The notes below the pieces were generated by a model that was not told the DNA's origin, searched no databases, and worked only from the letters and a program-made list of their open reading frames with translations. A stretch of DNA of 63,641 nt, counting the filler, from Stramenopiles sp. TOSAG23-6 (Eukaryota): NCBI GenBank assembly GCA_900128565.1. It is 8 parts of 8 records of this genome, joined end to end, with 100 filler letters (N's around TTAATTAATTAA, not from the genome) between each part and the next. Parts side by side here need not be neighbours in the genome. Positions count along the whole stretch, not along the records: positions 55,814 to 63,641 come from LT636511.1; 7 more parts are not named here. One strand, given 5' to 3'. The position numbers were made by a program, and so were the translations under genes. Positions 60,594-63,641 of the stretch are shown piece after piece (within the stretch, counting starts at the first letter, position 1; every line of letters begins with the position of its first letter).

Positions 60594-61253
60594 TCACGAC
60601 TGAAATAATATCGAACTCATCAAAGATGAATTATTTCGATTTCGCCCTTTTAACTTTAAACTTCTCTTTGTTATATCACTATATAGTTTTGCTACATCTA
60701 ATGATTCATTTTCTATTTTGTTTTTTTCAGCCTCAATTTCTAATTTAATTGCTTTAATTGAATTTTCTTCAGCATCACGAAATTCATTAATTTTATCGTT
60801 AATGTCAACACTACAATCATGATAGATTTCATCAATAGGGTTAGGGTTTATTTCATTATTGTGTACTACATGTTGTGTTTCATCATTTGTATTTTTTACA
60901 TCTTCTTTATTGTTACAAAGTTCAATTTCAAAATCATCATTTTTTTTTTCAATGTTTTCTACGTTTTCTAAGTTTTCTAAGTTTTCTAAGTTTTCTAGGT
61001 TTTCGTGTTTTTGTTTATTTTTTTGAGTTTCGTGTTTTTGTTTATTTTTTTGAGTTTCGTGTTTTTGCTTATTTTGTTCTGTCATGTATTCCAATACTAA
61101 AGGTTTTAATTCATTAAAAGTTACTCGACCACTTTTTAACACAATAGGATCATTATTATTATTTGGTACAAATAAACATAATCGCTCAGCATCCATACAT
61201 TACACACAATAGTACAAAAAATTAAAAAAAATTAATTTTTTTTGAAATTTTGT

Positions 61254-61284
<31 letters not shown>

Positions 61285-62352
61285 TAANTTNAATTTAAAT
61301 TTAAATTAAAAAAAAAAAAAAAAAAATTTAGAAAGAAAAAACCTACGAAATATTCGGACAAATGCAAAGCTTAACTAATAAATTTGGTACAAGACTAAGT
61401 TTTACATGTTTACCATCACATTTTGAATCACCAATGCGTAATTTATGAAATTCAGCTCTTAATGTTGATGTATTGTGAAAAAAATATTTTTTTTTTTTAA
61501 ATTTTTTTTTTTTTTGGAAATTTGTTAGGTACAAAATTTCGTATGAAAAAAAAAAAAAAAAATTGTAAAATTTTAAAATTCATAATAAAAAAGGTACCTA
61601 AACGTTCTGAATAGTACATTGAATTTTTCGCTGCATAATCAATATCCATAAATATATTATTAGATTTTGTATTGATTCTGTTTTTACCATTTATATTATT
61701 ATGTGTGCTTCTGTTTTTCATTTTTGTTTTCGTATCAATATTTGTACCATTTTTTTTCGTATCAATATTTGTACCATTTTTTTTCCTATCAATATTTATA
61801 CCATCCATCCAATAACCACCTGAATAATTATCACGTTTATTTCTATGTTTTGCATATAATGAATCTAATTGTTTTTCCAATGTTTTACGTTTTTCTATAT
61901 TTCGTGTAGTTGTAACTGTATTTCGTATTTCAATAATTTTATTTAAAATACGTTCATATTTTGTAAAGGAATATTTTTTTTTTTTTTCAAAAAATTTTTG
62001 AAAATTTGTTAGGTACAAAATTTACTACGAAAAAAAAATTTTTAATTTTTTTTTTTTTTTAATATAATTATATAATTATAATTTGAAAACGTACATGAGC
62101 TGCAAATAATGCTGCATCAGCAGCATCTGCTTTTGCTGTTGCCTTTTGAAGCTCAATAGTACATGAAGTTACCTTAGATTCAATAGGGTTAGGGTTAGGG
62201 TTAGGGTTAAAGTTTGAATTAAAAGAAGATTTTCTTTGTTGTAAAAAATTATCTCTTTTTCTAGGGTTAGGGTTAGGAGTATGCATTTCATTTTTTTGTG
62301 TGTTTTTTTGAGGAGATGATGTGAAGCGTCTTGTGGCACAAATCTGTCTCAT
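60594..62352 (-). CDS. Hypothetical low-complexity/coiled-coil protein, multi-exon
   Basis: GT-AT family introns 61956-62094 (phase 0) and 61468-61597 (phase 1) join three ORFs in frame; the last junction near 61200 is unresolved. Confidence 0.5.
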
Positions 62353-62511
62353 TGGATGTCGTAGTTTTCTTTTTCTCCATTTTTTCTTTGCATCTTTTAG
62401 TGTTACATTACCAATACCACAATAATTATCATTGTTTAGAAGACTGTAGAGTAAAAAAATATATTTTTTTAATTTTTTGATTTTTTTTTTTTTTTTTTTT
62501 TTTTTTGAAAA

Positions 62512-62552
<41 letters not shown>

Positions 62553-62842
62553 ACGAAATTTTGTACCTAACAAATTTTTAGATTTTTTTTTTTTTTTTTC
62601 GTACATGTTTGGAAAAGCAGTAAAACTTAATGTATTACGTGAGAATCAAATACCGTCGTTAATTATGTCACAGGTAAAACCTAATGTTTGGCCTATCTCG
62701 AGTGTTAATACTTTAAGTAATGGTCATGCACCAACAGAGTCTGATACAAATGATCTTGGTAATCAATATCAGGTATTTTTTAATTATTTAAATTAGGGTT
62801 AGGGGTGAGGCCAATTTTTTTTTTTTTTTTTTTTTTTCAAAA

Positions 62843-62873
<31 letters not shown>

Positions 62874-63217
62874 TTTTTTTTAAAAAAATTTTTGAAAATT
62901 TTTTAGGTAAAAAATTTCCTACGAAAAAAAAATTTTTAATTTTTTTTTTTTTTTAATATANNNNNNNNNNNNNNNNNNNNNNNNNNNNNNNNNNNNNNNN
63001 NNNNNNNNNNNNNNNNNNNNNNNNNNNNNNNNNNNNNNNNNNNNNNNNNNNNNNNNNNNNNNNNNNNNNNNNNNNNNNNNNNNNNNNNNNNNCGAAATTT
63101 TGTACCTAACATTTTTTTTTTTTTTTTGTTTGAATTTTTTTTTTAAATTTTTTTCAAACTTTTTTGTACCTAACAAATTTTTTTCAAAATTTTTTGAAAT
63201 ATTTTTCAAAAATACAT

Positions 63218-63518
63218 GTATTAATGATGTCAACGCTTCACAAGAATTATTATCATCGTTATATAATTGGCCAACGGATTCCGACAGCATGTATTTTGTT
63301 TTTCAAAAAAAAAAAAAAAAAAAAAAAAAAATATTTTTTCACAATACATGAGATCTCTGACAGATGATGATGGTGATGGAATTCGTTTTAAAAATTCTCA
63401 TTATGGAAGACCAACATTGGATAATATGAAAGACAGTCTACATTGGCTTGTTGATGGTGCACAACCTGGGGATACGTTATTTTTTCATTTTTCAGGTCAT
63501 GGTTCGCAACAAAAAGAT
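63218..63518 (+). CDS. Metacaspase (peptidase C14), internal exons 63218-63290 and 63350-63518
   Basis: (C)INDV, M-RSLTDD, WLVDGAQPGDTLFFHFSGHGSQ; acceptors AATACAT| at 63217 and 63349, donors at 63291 and 63519. Confidence 0.85.
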
Positions 63519-63641
63519 GTTTGTTTCTTTTATTATTATTATTATTATTTTTTTTTTTTTGAATTTTTTTTTGATTTTTTTTTTCATACGAAATTTTGTA
63601 CCTAACCAAAAAAAAAAAAAAAAAAAAATTTTTTCCAAAAA

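Noticed and set aside
23967-63641. Gene neighbourhood across linkers as a functional cluster
   Set aside because: Contigs are ordered by length, so adjacency across linkers has no biological meaning.

Overview
Eukaryotic, AT-rich protist DNA. Flagellar/centrosomal-type genes and TTAGGG units suggest a flagellate, possibly a stramenopile (inference). The window is a pseudo-scaffold of eight ~7.8-7.9 kb contigs in decreasing length order, joined by N-TTAATTAATTAA-N linkers. The first contig is present twice (1-7889 = 7990-15878). The main signal is a dispersed, sequence-related family of ~90-170 nt introns that almost all end in AT instead of AG. Consensus: G(T)AYGTTTT...TTTCRTACGAAATTTTGTACCTAAC...AAATATTTTTCCAAAATACAT. 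Removing them at GT..AT restores the frame and conserved motifs of importin beta, alkylglycerol monooxygenase, a Sec7 ARF-GEF, a metacaspase, a pentameric ligand-gated channel and others. Rare GA/GG donors, one TG acceptor and an apparent back-to-back intron pair also occur. Also present: a 4.4 kb piggyBac-like element with ATAT target duplication and a Tudor + DEDDh exonuclease + DDE transposase ORF, and a ~1630 aa multi-domain glycan-modifying protein split across two contigs. All splice calls are inferred from DNA only.
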